Of a DNA stretch of 64,000 nt, positions 20,906 to 43,360 are shown piece by piece. Source of the DNA: Klebsormidium nitens. Its lineage: Eukaryota; Plantae; Klebsormidiophyceae. The stretch covers positions 124,001 through 188,000 of the forward strand of contig DF237066.1 in NCBI GenBank assembly GCA_000708835.1. Direction: 5' to 3'. A program made the position numbers and the translations under genes. How positions within the stretch are numbered: position 1 is the first letter of the stretch; every line of letters begins with the position of its first letter. Below the pieces are notes generated by a model. It saw nothing but the letters and a program-made list of their open reading frames with translations, had not been told where the DNA came from and ran no database searches.

Positions 20906-23900
20906 TCAACTTCCAAACGACTTCTCAGATCCTCCTAAACTTAGTTTCTCTGCTTCTTTTCGCAGATCTTCCCAGATGACCTTTCGTTTCAGCTCCAAGT
21001 CCTCTGGCCACTCGTCCCGGTAGTTGGCCGGGTAATTGTGGCGCCGATAACTAAAGTCCTTGAAAAGGTCTTCCCGCCACGACTCGAACATCGGAGTGCC
21101 GGTCCACTCGCACAACCGGGCGAGATAGTCGAACTGAGGCAAGACAGCGGGGGCAAACCAGATTAGACCGAAGTCTCTTGCGAGAAGCAAGAAACACGTT
21201 AACGACGTGGAGGAGCAACAGTCCCACTCTTCGAGGGCGAACAGCAAGCAGGTGGCGCACTTTGCAGGTCGCCAATTTACGCTTTAAACGGTAACCGAGC
21301 GCATGCTGTCTTCAAGACCCGTTGCAGGGCAGCGCACAAGACAGCCACGAGAAACAAAGAGAAGCGAATGAGGTCACGCCTCGCAAAGCTGAAGGCATCT
21401 GGAGTTTTGGGGTTGTAGGGTTTCACGTGTACAGTTCTGCGGAGTTGGCGTTTGCGGCCCCCGAGCGCTTCCATCTGACAGAGAAACCTTTGCACTGGAC
21501 CGGCAAATACGCACGCCCGAGTGATGGATTTGACGCGGAGCGTATGACCATTGTCTTTGCTCAGGGACTAAACTGCAACCGCGGTCGGAACGAGGGGTCC
21601 AATCTAAACCAGAAAGAAGAGAACATATATTGGACACAGGAACGGCATTTGAACTGTCAGCGAAAACGGAGACGGGAAAGTGGGACGATTGAAAAACTCG
21701 TCCCAGCAACCCCCGGGCTTTTCGTCCCCTCTCTTTCAATTGTCTCCTTTCCCTTCTTATTTCGTTTCTGGTTGACATTTCAGGTTAGAACTTTAGAAAT
21801 GAGGATTTCGAATGCTCACCCCCGTTCTGCTCATCTCGTGCGTATACCCAGGGGTCACCCCCCCGCCTTGAGCCCGTCACCAAATCCGTGCGGCAAAAAA
21901 TCAGCACAACGTATCATGAATGAAGGTTTCGTAACTTATCCTGTTCTGCTCATCTCGTGCGTGTACCAAACCGCCACCCCCGGCCATGAGCTACTCGTAG
22001 AAGCCGTCAATGTTTGGGCATATGTGAATAGGTCCAACTGATAATCACGGATAGAAAGTTTTGAAAACAACGTAAACCAACTAGAATCTGCACAACTCAC
22101 CCCCGTTCTGCTCATCTCGTGCGTGTACCGCACGGGAACCCCGCCCGCCTTGAGCCCCTCGTAGAAGCCGTCGATCCATTTGTGCATTGCAGCCTCGCTC
22201 GGTAGCACCGCACGCCCCGATAGGCACTGCGCCACCCACCGGGTCGTTAACTCGAACATAGGCAACGGGGACACCTGGTGACGTCAGAAGAAACAAGGAG
22301 TGAGTCAGGAGCTAAATGTATGACGTCAGCAGAGGTCGATTCGAAACTGTCCGCCTCGCTCGGCAGCGCCGCACGCCCCGACAGACACTGCGCCACTCCC
22401 GGGTCGTCAACTCGAACATCGGCAGCGGGGATACCTGGTGACGTCACAAAGGCAACAAGTGGCGTCAGAAGCGAAGTGCGTATAAAGGTGTTCTGTAAAC
22501 GTGAAGCGAAAAAGGAGCAGTGCGGGTCGCACCGACAAACGATGTGCCGCCTACCGGGCCACCTCGAAGATCGGCAGCGGAGAGACCTGGTGACGTCATA
22601 GACACAGGGAAGTTACGAAGTGTATGGTGTCAGCGGGAGTTGAGTTCATAAAAGGCGCAAACGAAAGAGCACTGCCGCTCGCCCGCATGGACGCTGCGCC
22701 AACCACCAGGCCGCCAACCCGAACATCGGCACCTGATTACGGCAAAAGGGACAGGAGGTCACATCAGAAGCGAGATGTATGACATCAGCAGAAATCTAGT
22801 GGTATTGCCCGCCTCGCTCGGCCGTGCCGCCCGCCAAACAGACGCTGCGCCACCCTCCGTGTCGTCCACTCGAACATTGGCGGCGGAACACCTGGTGACG
22901 GCAGAGATGACGTGTTTGACGTCAGCGTATGCAAGGTATGGTAGAAGACGTGAAGGGAAAACCAAACTGCGCCGCCCGCTGCGACAAACACTGTGCAATA
23001 TCAACTCAAGTTTCGACAGCGAGAATATTTGTTGAGGTCACAGGCACAGGAAGTGGCGTCCATAACACAGCGTATAATGGTATCCAAGGTCAGTGTGTGA
23101 ATGGCGCTAACGAAAGAGCTCAGCCTCCCATCTTGCGCCGCCCTGCCAGCCGACCAGCTCGATAATCTGCAGTGACGTCACGATACCTGTGACGTCACGC
23201 CCATGGAAGGTGGAAGATAAATGCACAACCTGCACTCAAAACAGGCTGTTTGTTGGCTCTCGAAGCGAACGAAACAGCGGTGCGGCCGGAAGGACGAACA
23301 TTACGCCGTCCGCTGGCCACTTAGTTGAGTCGGAGTGAGGACGCTTCACGCGTCACACAGAGAAGAAAATGACGTCAGAATGGAGCGAATGATGTCAGGC
23401 ATGCGGTTGCTCGAGCAACGGCACGGCTGCCATGGCTGTATGGAGCGATGCTTTTAGAGTACTTTATGAGCGCCGATCGTTTCAAAAAGAGCCAGTGCTA
23501 TATACAGCAGGACAAGCTCGAACGACGACAGCAGGGAAGCCTGATTCAGTCACAGACCAAGAAAGTCGCGGATATACCACTCTTCTCAGCGAAAGATTTG
23601 AGACGCAATCTTCATTGAAGATAAGACAGCTGGCACTCAACATAGCCAGGGAATTAGTGAACATGCAGATGCTCGCAGTTCAGAATGTAAAGAGCGACTC
23701 TTTCTCGAGGTTTTCGAGAGTAAAAGTACAGGTCCTGAAGAGAGGAGAGGAGGTCCTGAAGTCAACCCTCGTCCCTTAGTTGCATTCACGTGCTCAGAGC
23801 ACAAAGTTCACCCTTATCTCTGCAGAACGAAAACTCTGTACAAATCGAAAAGCAACGGGAACATGGATGGAGTAGGCAAGATTCCTGACGCGGAAGACCG

Positions 23901-26900
23901 ACTCACATGCAAACAGGATTTTACCGCTGTCTCGGCAGGACGGAAAGTTGGCAAGGCGACGAAAAGAGACTAAAGGAGTATGCCGTAGAAACGTGCTGCG
24001 CCAGAATGACTCACTTTGAAGGGAAGGCCGATGAAGGAGAGAGTGGGCGCAGTCCCGACGTGGAAGACTTGCTCGTACACGGGGTGCACTCGCTGGTCCT
24101 CCGTAGAAACTAGACCGGATTCCAGAAACGAGAATTCGTATACGTACCTGTGGGAACGCACATCCTATTAGCAGAGAGCATAGCTTATGCCGAAGCATGG
24201 TTTAAAGAAGGATATATTATCGCTACAGCGTCCGGTCCCTTTCAGACAAGTTTCTGTTGTTGGAGATGTAATCAAAGGACAAGGAAGCACGCATTAGGTG
24301 CGCGCTCTCGATTGAATCAAAGGTGGGAAAGTGGCTACATGATTTAGGCCCTTTTGGAAAATGAGTATGAGTCCGGATCGACCTGAAGCATCCTTCGGGA
24401 AACAGATCCTCCCTGTTATACCCTTGAAGCCAAGCTCAAAACCCACAGCAAGTCCTCGTTGTAGCCAGCGAGCCTGATGGAAGTGATAAAAAGCAGACCA
24501 GACCGGTGCAGGTTAGTCTCCGACCATTGCGTTCGAAAGAAGGAGTCAAACGTATCACGCAGCTTTTGGGCTCGGCAGGGACCCAAGTTGCGGCTGAGTA
24601 ACGTTACAGTCGAGGTGACGTCACTGGCTCGGGATGCAGTTGCAGTTCAGATGAGGACAAAAGGGAAACTGATCAGAGGAAGGTTTCGATCCTTCGACCT
24701 GTGGATTATGAGCCCATCACGCTTCCAGCTGCGCCACTCTGATGGATTGAACAGATCGTCGCAAGCTTTTCACTTAGACGAGCAACTTGCAGTGATCAGT
24801 GCCTGTACGTCACTTTTTCTTTCCGGACCGGTTGGGGGCACACTGCGATCCGTGTAAGATCGAAGCATGAAGACAAACAGGGCACTCTGAAGAACAAGGG
24901 GTTCTCAATTGCAACCTACCACCTCGCAGTGAGCGGATGCAAAATTTGGTAGAGGCATCTTCTAGTGGACAGAAGGGCAAAAGGGAGCCAGAATCGTGCG
25001 ACGCCCTTTGTTCTAGCTTTGAAGCGCGATTGAACAGCGGACAGGGCAAATGGTGCTAAAGTAAACGGACAAAAAACTGGGGAAAGAGTGGCGCGTAAAA
25101 GTGTCGGCGGCCGGTTTTGAATCGACGAACTTGGAGAAGATGCATCGATTCTTCGCGCGTAAGCGCAGTGTTTCATTGCTACACCGACAAATGGTAATGG
25201 GACGCAGAATCTCATGTACGAGTCGCTCGACGGAGGTAACGTCACGTAACGTCACGTGACGTCACCTCTGCACACATCGACCCGCTGATGAAACACTCCT
25301 CTGAGGAACAGCGAGAATTATCTTTTTGCCCTCCTTTTCGCCAAGGCGCCCCAGCATCCTTCTGAAGGTTTCCTCGCGCGATAGGTTCTGAACAAAGCGA
25401 TGATGCGGGCGATACAATTTGAACAGAGACATTCTTGCAGCGGTCCAGACCGAGGTTCCAAGCGCGCTCACCCGGTACAGTGGATGATGACGTCCGCAAC
25501 GACTCGGCTGCCGTCAGCGAACTCGAGACTCCCATCAGGATACGCACGCGTGACCTGCCGAGGAAAGGGAAACGTCTTGTCAAGCAAACTGCGTTTCTGC
25601 CAGGATCTCAAAAGATATTGGGCTCATACAAGTAGCCGGAAGTGGGAGATCAGGGACCAATAGCATACGTCTTCAAGGCGACAATTTTTCAGCCATGTTT
25701 GAAGCCAAAAATTGCCTATCGACCGGGTCTGCGTTTGCAGGTTTGGTAGACCGAATTCTCGGCATGGTGCCGACAAAATCGATATAGGAAAGCGGCTCCT
25801 TAAACTCATTAAATTCACCACGGGTCTCGGATGCAGGATCGGGTTGTGTTTGCTGCGGCTCAAGCTCCCAGCTCAGTGCCGACAAGTAAACACAAGGAAC
25901 GGCTCCTTCTGTTGTTCCAACGAAACAGCCTGAAAGGTATGGATGCAATTTGATTCCAGATCGTAGTAACCTAACCCACCACGAGTTTTCGGTGCAAGTT
26001 CGGCGGGATTTGTCGCGGCTCGTCTTTGCCGCTCCGCGCCAGAAGGAAGAAGGCGAAACGGTTCCTTCAATGTTTTAGCCCCATAAAACATCATTGAAAG
26101 CTAGAATTAGTTCCAATAACCCAACCCACCACAAGTTTTCGGTGCAGGGTGGGCGGGGTTTGTCGCGGCTCGTCGTTCCAGCTCCGCGCCAAAAGGACGT
26201 AGGCGAAACGGTTCCTTGAAGGAAACAGCCCCAAAAAACTGCCATCAAAACCAGATCTTAGTAACCTAACCCACCACGAGTTTTCGGTGCAGGTTCGGCG
26301 GGGTTTGTCGCGGCTCGTCTTTCCAGCTCCGCGCCGAGAGGTACACCTCGGAGCAGTGCTCTGCGAGCTCCCGGGAAATGTCCTCTCCGCTTGCAAATGC
26401 GCCGATCAGGACCACGGTCTGGCCGGCGAACGGGCCGGGGGTCCGGTAGTTGTGGCTGTGGAGCTGGCGACCCGGCCAAGAGGCGATGCCTGCAAAATGT
26501 GTGAAACTTTCGGGTTTGGAAAGTCTGCACTCTAATTCCCGACTTGGTGTTTTCTTGACGGGGGTTGTTTGACTGTGGCTGTGGAGCTAGGCCTGTTTAC
26601 TGTAGACTGCTTTACCGGTTTGAATTCTGACTTGGAGACTTTTCGAGAGTCGGGGCTGTCATAACCCAGAGTTTAAAGCCAGGTTCTGGGTTTTAGGCTA
26701 GTGCATCAGCCGTCTCCAGGTGTTAGAGATACAGCTAAGTCGGATTGCACAGAGGGAGATATGTTACATATGGCGCTTTATAAAGCATGAGCTGCTTTTA
26801 TGCATACCGGCCAAGGCAAAACGGCGTGCTTTCTTTTTCAGGCAGGCTCGAGCAGAGACTCATGCCACCGCAAACTTTAGAGTCGCATCAAGCCAGGATT

Positions 26901-29085
26901 GTTTTGATACGCAAAGACAAGCTGCAAAAATACAAGTGCCCACTCTTCGGATCTTGATTTACTACGCAGCTCCTTTCTGGTCCTTTCCAAGACAAGCTGA
27001 CTCCCGTGTGCCGAGAGTCAATCAAGACAACAGGACTCACCTTCGATCGTTGCTAGCTTAGGCTGCGAGTAATGCCCGTTGCAAACAACAACCGCATCAA
27101 ACTCCGTTGTATCGCAAGCCCAGTTTTCCGATGAGGAAGCCGTTCGAGTGACTACCTCCCATAGGGGTTGTTGGACGGACCCGTACTGATTGGTCTTCTC
27201 GGGCAGTCTGGAGACGCGTAGGACTTGGGTGCCGAAGCGTATGTGGCGGCTGCGAGAGGAGGAGAAGTGTCAGGCAAGTGCCAGGGGAAAGCACTACCGT
27301 CCTTTCAACAGTAGAACCTCTTTTCAAGTATTTCGATAGAAATGGGTACTGCTCTAGAGAGACTTACCGGAGCGACGAGCATGGCAAGGAAGACGCACGC
27401 AGGTGCTGAAGCCTCCGGAACTGTCAGATTGTTTCAAAGGAGCAATTGATCTAGAGACAGGGAACAATCCCGGAACATCGTCCTCCTTACATTTGACAAT
27501 CAAGCGCTCTTCCAACGTTTGGACACCTTTCAATATGTGAGTCCGCCATTGACGGTAACCATATGAAAGAAAAGCAAAGCAAGGCTTATACAGGTTCCTG
27601 TCAGAATGGAAACCACAGTTGGGAAAATGAATGGCCAAAAGTTGACAGGTAGTTGCTCACTGGAGGTCAAAGTGACGTGCGTAGTCGCGCAGGTACGCTT
27701 GCACTTCCTGATGGGAGCAGAAGCGGCGATCGTCGCGCCCGGGCTCGCCACTTGGCACGAAGGGATAGGCCGCAAAGCTCATGATCTCGCGGGGGAGGTT
27801 GGTGCGCAGGGATGCGTACATGCTGCAGGAAACGTTTCAGATGTGTTATGAGCACTTTCTCTCTCATTTCCCCCAATCTTTCCACCCCCGCAAAATCTCC
27901 TCTGCTGCTCTTTTATTCTTACATTGTACTTCTTCCAATGGCCCTTCACACTTGGACTCATACTGACCAGCTATAGATGGTGAGTTTCTTGAAACCCTGG
28001 TTATGTCACTGTTGTTATTTTTGCAATATCTGGACTTGAAACGATTGGACTACTGCCTGGTTTGAGGCCCCTCCTGGACTTTCCAAATGTTCTCTTCACA
28101 ACTACTCTATAACCTTCGTTTCTGCAAGCTTTCTCCGAATCACCAGCCATCGTCTTTTCCTGATTCCTTGGCCATATCTTTTCGGCAGAATATTCTTCTG
28201 CAGGTGACAATCCCCACTGACATGTTGAATATGGTAGGAGTGTTCTGTGGATAACTTTTTGTGCGCCACTTCTTTCTGAAAGCCTGATCCTGCCATTTCT
28301 GTTGTCAATGCCTGATCCTGCCGTTTCTGTTGTCAAAGCCTGATCCTGCCGTTCTTTCATTGAAGCCTGATTGACACCGAAGCGTTCAGGGTCACCCACC
28401 TGCTGTGTACCTTCTTCCTGTCCTCTCGGATCCCAAGTGGATCATCGTCTGTGTCTGGATCATATTTCCACACCCCACCAATGTCCTCATTCTACATGCG
28501 AAAGAGACAGATTGGCCGTTAGGATCTTTCAAAAGGGCAGAGAACGCTGGGTGCCAATAAGAATAAGCTTTTCATGTCCCATACAGTTCCAGCAGAAAGC
28601 GTGTACGCGTGTCTGAACGGGACTTTGCCAATCGAAGATGCTAATGCTGACCCTATAGAGGCTTTTTTTCTTCCACCAGAAGAACTTTTAAGCTGGTCTC
28701 TGAGGCCTCCTATCTAAAGTCCAAAGGAAGGTACGTACCGGGAAATCACAAAGAGGTGGTTGTGCCTGCCCCCCAAAAGCAGTCTCCTTTAGACTCTCCT
28801 TAATGCTGACGTCTGCGTTTGAAAGCTTGGCGGTGGTGATATGTCTGAAAGGGAGTCAGAAGACTTCACAAACCATCTTCTTCTTGTGTACATTTCAGAA
28901 AGTGCGCAAGAAGTTGCTGAAGGACACAGCATTCTCACCTGTTCGAATGCCGTCACTTGATGCCCTTCCTCTCTGAGCTCTTTCAAGGCCACCAGCCCCG
29001 CCGCCCCAGCCCCAATCACACAAACTGAGCGCGACACACGCGTCTTTTGCCCTTCCTTGCCATTTGCAGCAACATCCACCGTCAT
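20906..29085 (-). CDS. FMO: Flavin-containing monooxygenase (class B FMO), 9 exons, 480 aa
   Basis: Exons 29085-28939, 28491-28400, 27822-27661, 27249-27041, 26489-26275, 25554-25472, 24147-24015, 22274-22101, 21133-20906. All introns GT-AG with matching phases. Motifs: VIGAGAAG (FAD), SMYASLRTNLPRE, DAVVVCNGHY, HSHNYR (FMO motif), LIGAFASG (NADPH), HCTGY, YRDEW. Confidence 0.95.
21820..22100 (-). repeat. Two intronic copies of FMO exon 8 3' end plus donor
   Basis: cacgagatgagcagaac recurs with ends at ~21940 (donor GT changed to AT) and 21820 (GT intact). Spacing 161 and 120 bp. Confidence 0.9.
22275..23200 (-). repeat. Tandem array (~150-bp unit, 4 clear + ~2 degenerate copies) of branch site + acceptor + 5' end of FMO exon 8
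   Basis: Exon-like starts at 22434, 22586, 22732 and 22891; weaker at ~23027 and ~23186. Each follows a tgacgtca/cag-type acceptor region. Copies carry frameshifts or stops. Confidence 0.9.
25819..26274 (-). repeat. Three intronic copies of FMO exon 5 3' end plus donor
   Basis: ARSWxDEPRQTPPxLHRKLV|gtgggt recurs with ends at 26130, 25980 and 25819 (spacing 145, 150, 161 bp). Confidence 0.9.
28282..28371. repeat. 28-bp minisatellite (3+ units) in FMO intron 2
   Basis: gcctgatcctgccrtttctgttgtcaaw units at 28282, 28310 and 28338, partial at 28365. Confidence 0.85.
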
Positions 29086-29945
29086 TGTACAGATTCTGCT
29101 TCTCCGCTGTATGCTGTGCAACACAAAACAACCTGGCACGAAAGGATTGACGAATGCAGGTTGCGAAAAAGTGGAAAGATGTGGCTGTAAATGCTGGAGT
29201 GCTTTTGCATGAAAGTTGCAGCTGCCTTGCAGAATGCTGGCCCTATCGATGTGTGCAAGCGCTGCTGTCCTCATGTTGCTTGCACAAACTCAAAACTGAG
29301 AGCTTTTGGCCTCCTGAGAAATTGCCCCCAAATCAAGCTAGGGAACTCCCTTGGAAAAATGCGGCCATTCCCTGCTTTGCCGCATGCGGGCTAGCCCCTT
29401 ATATTACTCTGGAACGTGCATTTTGGGGAATTTTGCAGCTTCTATTCCAGATCAGATGCTACCCCTCGACTACCTACTGTAGCTATTGTAGATTGCTAAT
29501 AGAAAATCAAAAATGAAATGCAAATTGGACGTATCTGGATTCTGGACGGATCCCTTGATTTTATATGCCCAGACATTTTGGTCATGTCCGCTGCAATATA
29601 TTGACATTGCACGAACACCCAACTCAGAAACTCGCATTGTCTGAAAGACTCTGAAGCTTCTCTTGTGCCAGTACTGGCAGCTTATGTGAGTTTTAGAATG
29701 GTTCATTCAACTTCAAAGTCATGGGCGCCCTGATTTCAGAATGCAGCAAGAAAAGCTCTCCAGATCATCCTTGGAACTCATTGGCATGCGGGGTGGAGTA
29801 CGAGGATGCCACGTTTCTCACTCATAGATCTTTCAGTCAAAACCCACGTCTGTGCCTAGGCGGCGTTCACCTCTACCCCTACCTCTATCTCTTGAGTGAG
29901 AACCAATGAGGTCACTCTCTGCAGCGGTGCTTGGTGACTTGCAAC

Positions 29946-30308
29946 ATGAGCGATGGCGACACATGGTTTGGAACAGACAAATTCCAGCACTTTTTCGCAG
30001 TCTTCTGCATCACTAGCGCAGCCATCATGTTGGCGAGCAGGCTCCACATTATCGTTCGCTGGCGCTTTGTCATTGGTGCAAGTGTGGGCTTCCTGGTCTC
30101 TGCTGCAAAAGAGATTGGTGACGAGCTTCACCTTTGGTATGGAAGGGCGTCACTTAGGGACGGGGTCGCTGATGCTATGGGAATCGCCTCGGGGGTTGCT
30201 GCGTATGGTCTCGTTGAGCACTGGTGGTCGAGCAGGTCCGCTCGTAAGAGAATCGCTGTCATCATGGAGAAATATCAAAGGACAACGTCGTCCCTGGAGA
30301 TGGTTTAG
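29946..30308 (+). CDS. Small YfiM-like membrane protein, 120 aa
   Basis: WFGTDKFQHFF...AAKEIGD...ASLRDGVADAMG matches the W.G.DK.QHF / KE..D / S.KD...D..G pattern of bacterial YfiM-type proteins. Hydrophobic helices. An upstream exon cannot be excluded. Confidence 0.75.
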   Translation: MSDGDTWFGTDKFQHFFAVFCITSAAIMLASRLHIIVRWRFVIGASVGFLVSAAKEIGDELHLWYGRASLRDGVADAMGIASGVAAYGLVEHWWSSRSARKRIAVIMEKYQRTTSSLEMV

Positions 30309-30489
30309 GTGGATCAAAACCATTCCATGTGGGCTTAGGTGGTTACTAACCAGGTCTGGTTAGCTGTGCATTGAACCACTGCGATAGACTGGTGGTGGAG
30401 CTCCAGGCAGACTGACAAGTGAGTGCTTAGCATACCTCACTCCCTAGGACACTCGCTCTTATTTTGGAAGAAGCTTCTTATATTCCTCT

Positions 30490-31793
30490 TGTACTAAGGG
30501 CCCTACGGACAGTTCGTTTCCATTGGCTGCTTAGAAGGATCCTGCTTCCTGGTCTATCGTCGTCTTGTGAAACGTGCTCTCTAATTGAGGATGCAGTCCT
30601 TTTGAACAGTATGCGGCCTGGGATGCTGCCTTTTACAGTCTTGACCACCTCCAATCACTCAATATTTGAGTTGCCAAATGAAGTGCCATAAGTCAGAGCG
30701 GCCAGGTGTCCCCTCCTAACTTGTCTGCTCCCCCCTTACTCTGTTGCTCACCCCCCCAGAATCTTCTTTGTGCTTGTGATACATGATGAGACAGTTCTCT
30801 TTTCTTTGACTAGTCAGTGATGGCTCCACCATTGCGATCTGCCGTGCAAGTACTACTTGGACTCTCTGTGGATATAAGCTCTCAAAAGACCAGGCTCCTC
30901 CCTACTGAGTCGGCTGACTGGGCCCTCAAGACTCCCCTCCTCAATTCAGAACGGTCTTCTGCGGCGCCAGTTATCCGTGTCTATAAGGTGCTCAAATTGA
31001 TGAGCCTACTGTTCTGGTTTCAGGAAGACGCGGCCAATGAACCGGCCTGCCATTTAGGAAAAGGGCACGCACAATCTTCATAGGTGAGCAACTCACTGCC
31101 GTTGTTGTACCATCTGATCGATTTAGCCCGGGATCTATGGCATGTCGCTTATGTCCACTGCAGATGCGCCTTATTAGATTCGCTGCGCCGAAAAAAAGTC
31201 TTGCAGAGGAGACAAAACTAACCACTTTGGGAAGGTCAAAGGATCCTAACAGAGCTCAAACTTGCTGTCGAGGGAGTCATAGACAAGGGAGGTAGGAGTC
31301 AAGGCGGACGGCGAGTGGCATCATTGTTCGGTGAAGAAAAGTCCAATCTGTCTTTCGTTACCCCATTTGAGGATGAAACTTCACCTGAAAAGAAGTCGTG
31401 GGAGGCAAGTATCATTCAATAAGCTGCTCGAATCTTGCATTCAATCTGAGATTGTCCATCGATTGCTCACCTCTGCGTACTCCTGGTCTCTGGTGGTTGA
31501 TTTTCACAGAGACCTTTGTTTTGGGATTTTCAACGTGCTCGGACATGTCGGAACCAAGTGTATCACCTGTTCATTTGGCGAATGGACGCATGGTTCCTAG
31601 CACGGCCTATTGACAGCCCTTTTGTCAGCTCACAGTATCCACCTTTGTTCGAGGAACTTGGGTTCAGAAAACGGACTGCCTCTTTCTCACAAGCTCGCCG
31701 CAAGATCACCGCACTTTCTTTCTGTACTTCACTCCGACACTCCAGCCTGGTAGCAAGCTGGATGAGAACTCTTTCCGTTTTGCCCCAAGGCAA
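30490..31793 (-). pseudogene. Second, more heavily decayed F-box/LRR relative
   Basis: SAVILRRACEKE (vs VTLILRKACEN), IRQMNRxYTWFRHV (vs LHQLKTVCRRFQNL), SLEGPV (vs FLEGPI) and HPQLESTF...VQEEYKK (vs CPNLEKTI...VDVQYKE) occur in colinear order over ~1.3 kb, with many stops. Confidence 0.45.
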
Positions 31794-33298
31794 AATGGAG
31801 CAACATAGAGTTGCTTTTCTCTTCTCTCTTCAATCACGTCATTTAAGTCGATGCACCCTCGCTGCTTGACTATCTTGGCGGTCTACCGCTCTGAACCTAA
31901 GATTACTTCGCTGACTTTTGTCCGATGAGTAGGCGGAGTCCGTTTACTTCGTCTCCAGATTGTCTCATATATGGACGGTGTAGCCAACTTTTGAGCTCCT
32001 GTCTCATCATTACGTACACTTAGAACAACACGTACACTTGAGTAATACTTGTGCTGATCCTGATATTATCAACACAAACTGAACTGGTTTATGTCAGCAA
32101 CATCAATCCCCATCTGTTGCTACGAGTCTCCGAGTCTGCAATTGGTGCTCGCAGCTCCAGAGCTGGCTGTTTGCTCATTGGCACTTATAGTAGAAGCTGG
32201 TCTAGCAAGCCATGCTCTAGTCAGTAAGGCCCCGTTGGCACCAAAACCATCTATCGCTTTTCCGCAGACTTATGTATCAATGTGCTGGCAGAATCATCAC
32301 CATTTCTGTCCGCTTCCCTGCAGATTGAAAGGCTTGGAAGTTTTGGAGCGGATTCGATTGTGTTTATTGCAGCAGTCGTCCTGACAAGAACAGCCAGCTC
32401 CACTCGCTGGTTCAACCAAGTTGCCTCGAAACAAACGTGTGCAACCCTCGACTTGTGCACATTGGCTACAGATATTTGCGTTGTGGAACGGGTGCCTGTC
32501 GACTTTCAATTAGTTTGCATGTAAAGCAAATCGAGTTGTACAATGTGATGAACGTTGTTATCTTAATCTGGAGTGTGCAGCTAGACACCGTGGCACCATG
32601 CATCAAAGTGCATCGCTGAGACGGATGCCATGTGTCTATCGAGTGGTGGCCTTGAATCGACGCAATGGTACGTGGCTGGGTCGCTGCGGCCATGCACCTG
32701 TCATGCACGTGTATATGCAAGTGTCACTTGCAGGCATGCCAGCACTGTATATGTCTAGATTACCTATGTACGTCTAGATATGACATCATGGCATGCCAGC
32801 ATGCCCTGCATGACACTGCGTTCCCATGAGCTGGCGGCTGGCATAAAGAATCGACAGCTACGTGTTTCTGGCTGGCGCCGCACTAAGCTAGCTGGCATGT
32901 TATGTACCAGGCAGACAACCAGAAATGCAGTTGGCAGGCAATTAAGCAGCCTGATCTTGCAATATGTGCAGACTGGAAGCAGGAAGCTTGGCCAAAGGAC
33001 TACTGCCATGCAAACACAGAGAGAGTTTTTGCCAGCCAACCATAGGCTTCGAGCAGACTGAATCAGCGTAAAGTGCTTGGCCGTAACCAATGAGTATCCA
33101 GCTAGCTCCGACGCAAGGTGCCAAGAAAGACCTGCTCTTGACAACCAGCGCAACTCCACCACCCACGAAGTTCAACTCGCAAGTGTCAACTCGCCGAAAA
33201 GAATCAATGTTATCCTACCAGCACGTCGTGTGCATTACCGCAGTCCTCGCAGGAAGAGAATCTCTGCCTGCTTGCACCTAAGTTTATTGCTACTTTAT

Positions 33299-37195
<3,897 letters not shown>

Positions 37196-38028
37196 GGCTG
37201 CCTCGAACACGAAGAGATCCTTGGCGGAGAAAATTCAAAAGCCGCCCTTTTCCAACCTTTTCCCTTGTCAAATATCTTCCAAATTGCAAAAGCTCCTGCA
37301 ATTTGCAAACCTCCTGCCTTCTTTCAAAAGCAGGTGAATCTTTCCACCCCTTCTAACCCAGCCCGAGTTAATCAAGCCGGTTTGCTGACACTCTGAATAG
37401 TGAGTGATTATCAAAGGCCTCTGGTGTCAAGGAATCTAGTCGAGGCTGTCCTCAGTCCTAACCCTATCCTCTCCTATCCATAATTTCTGGCCAGAATTGG
37501 GTATCGCAGGTTCGTTCAAACCAGGCTGCCTAACCCAAAGCTCAAAAACTGATTAAGGCCGTCAGATGATCCAGAAGTTGTCATCGGATGGTCGATGTTA
37601 GGGGAAGCGGTTTAGATAGACCTTGGGTCAGGCGGCCAGGTTTGACGAACCTTCACTGTGTTGCAGATTCACGCCTTGCTTCGGCTTTGCAAGTCGATCA
37701 GGCTTCATGATTCATCTTGGATTTTCACAATTTCAAGTTCTCAGTTACCTCTTGCATCTTCAGCTAGGAGTTTACTTTCTCAGTTTCTGCGTGTTTGATA
37801 TTCGCCTGAACACAGATTAGATAGCCAGCATTACAACTTTTCAGCAAGTGTGTGCGTGCGCCACCTTGCAAGGTACTTCGAAGATTACGGAGATCGTGCG
37901 ACTTTATTAGTGCTTTGTACCAAGGGGACCCTGCCCGGACCCTCTCGTGCCAGATATCGAAAGACTAAGTTCACTAAGAAGTTGAGGCAGAATCCTTGAC
38001 AAGCGTGCTTATCCATTGTAAGAGCGTC

Positions 38029-43360
<5,332 letters not shown>

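Noticed and set aside
22275-23200. ~150-bp periodic array as a CRISPR array or satellite
   Set aside because: Whole units diverge, with no constant repeat plus unique spacer structure. They derive from the neighbouring exon junction, and no cas genes are present.
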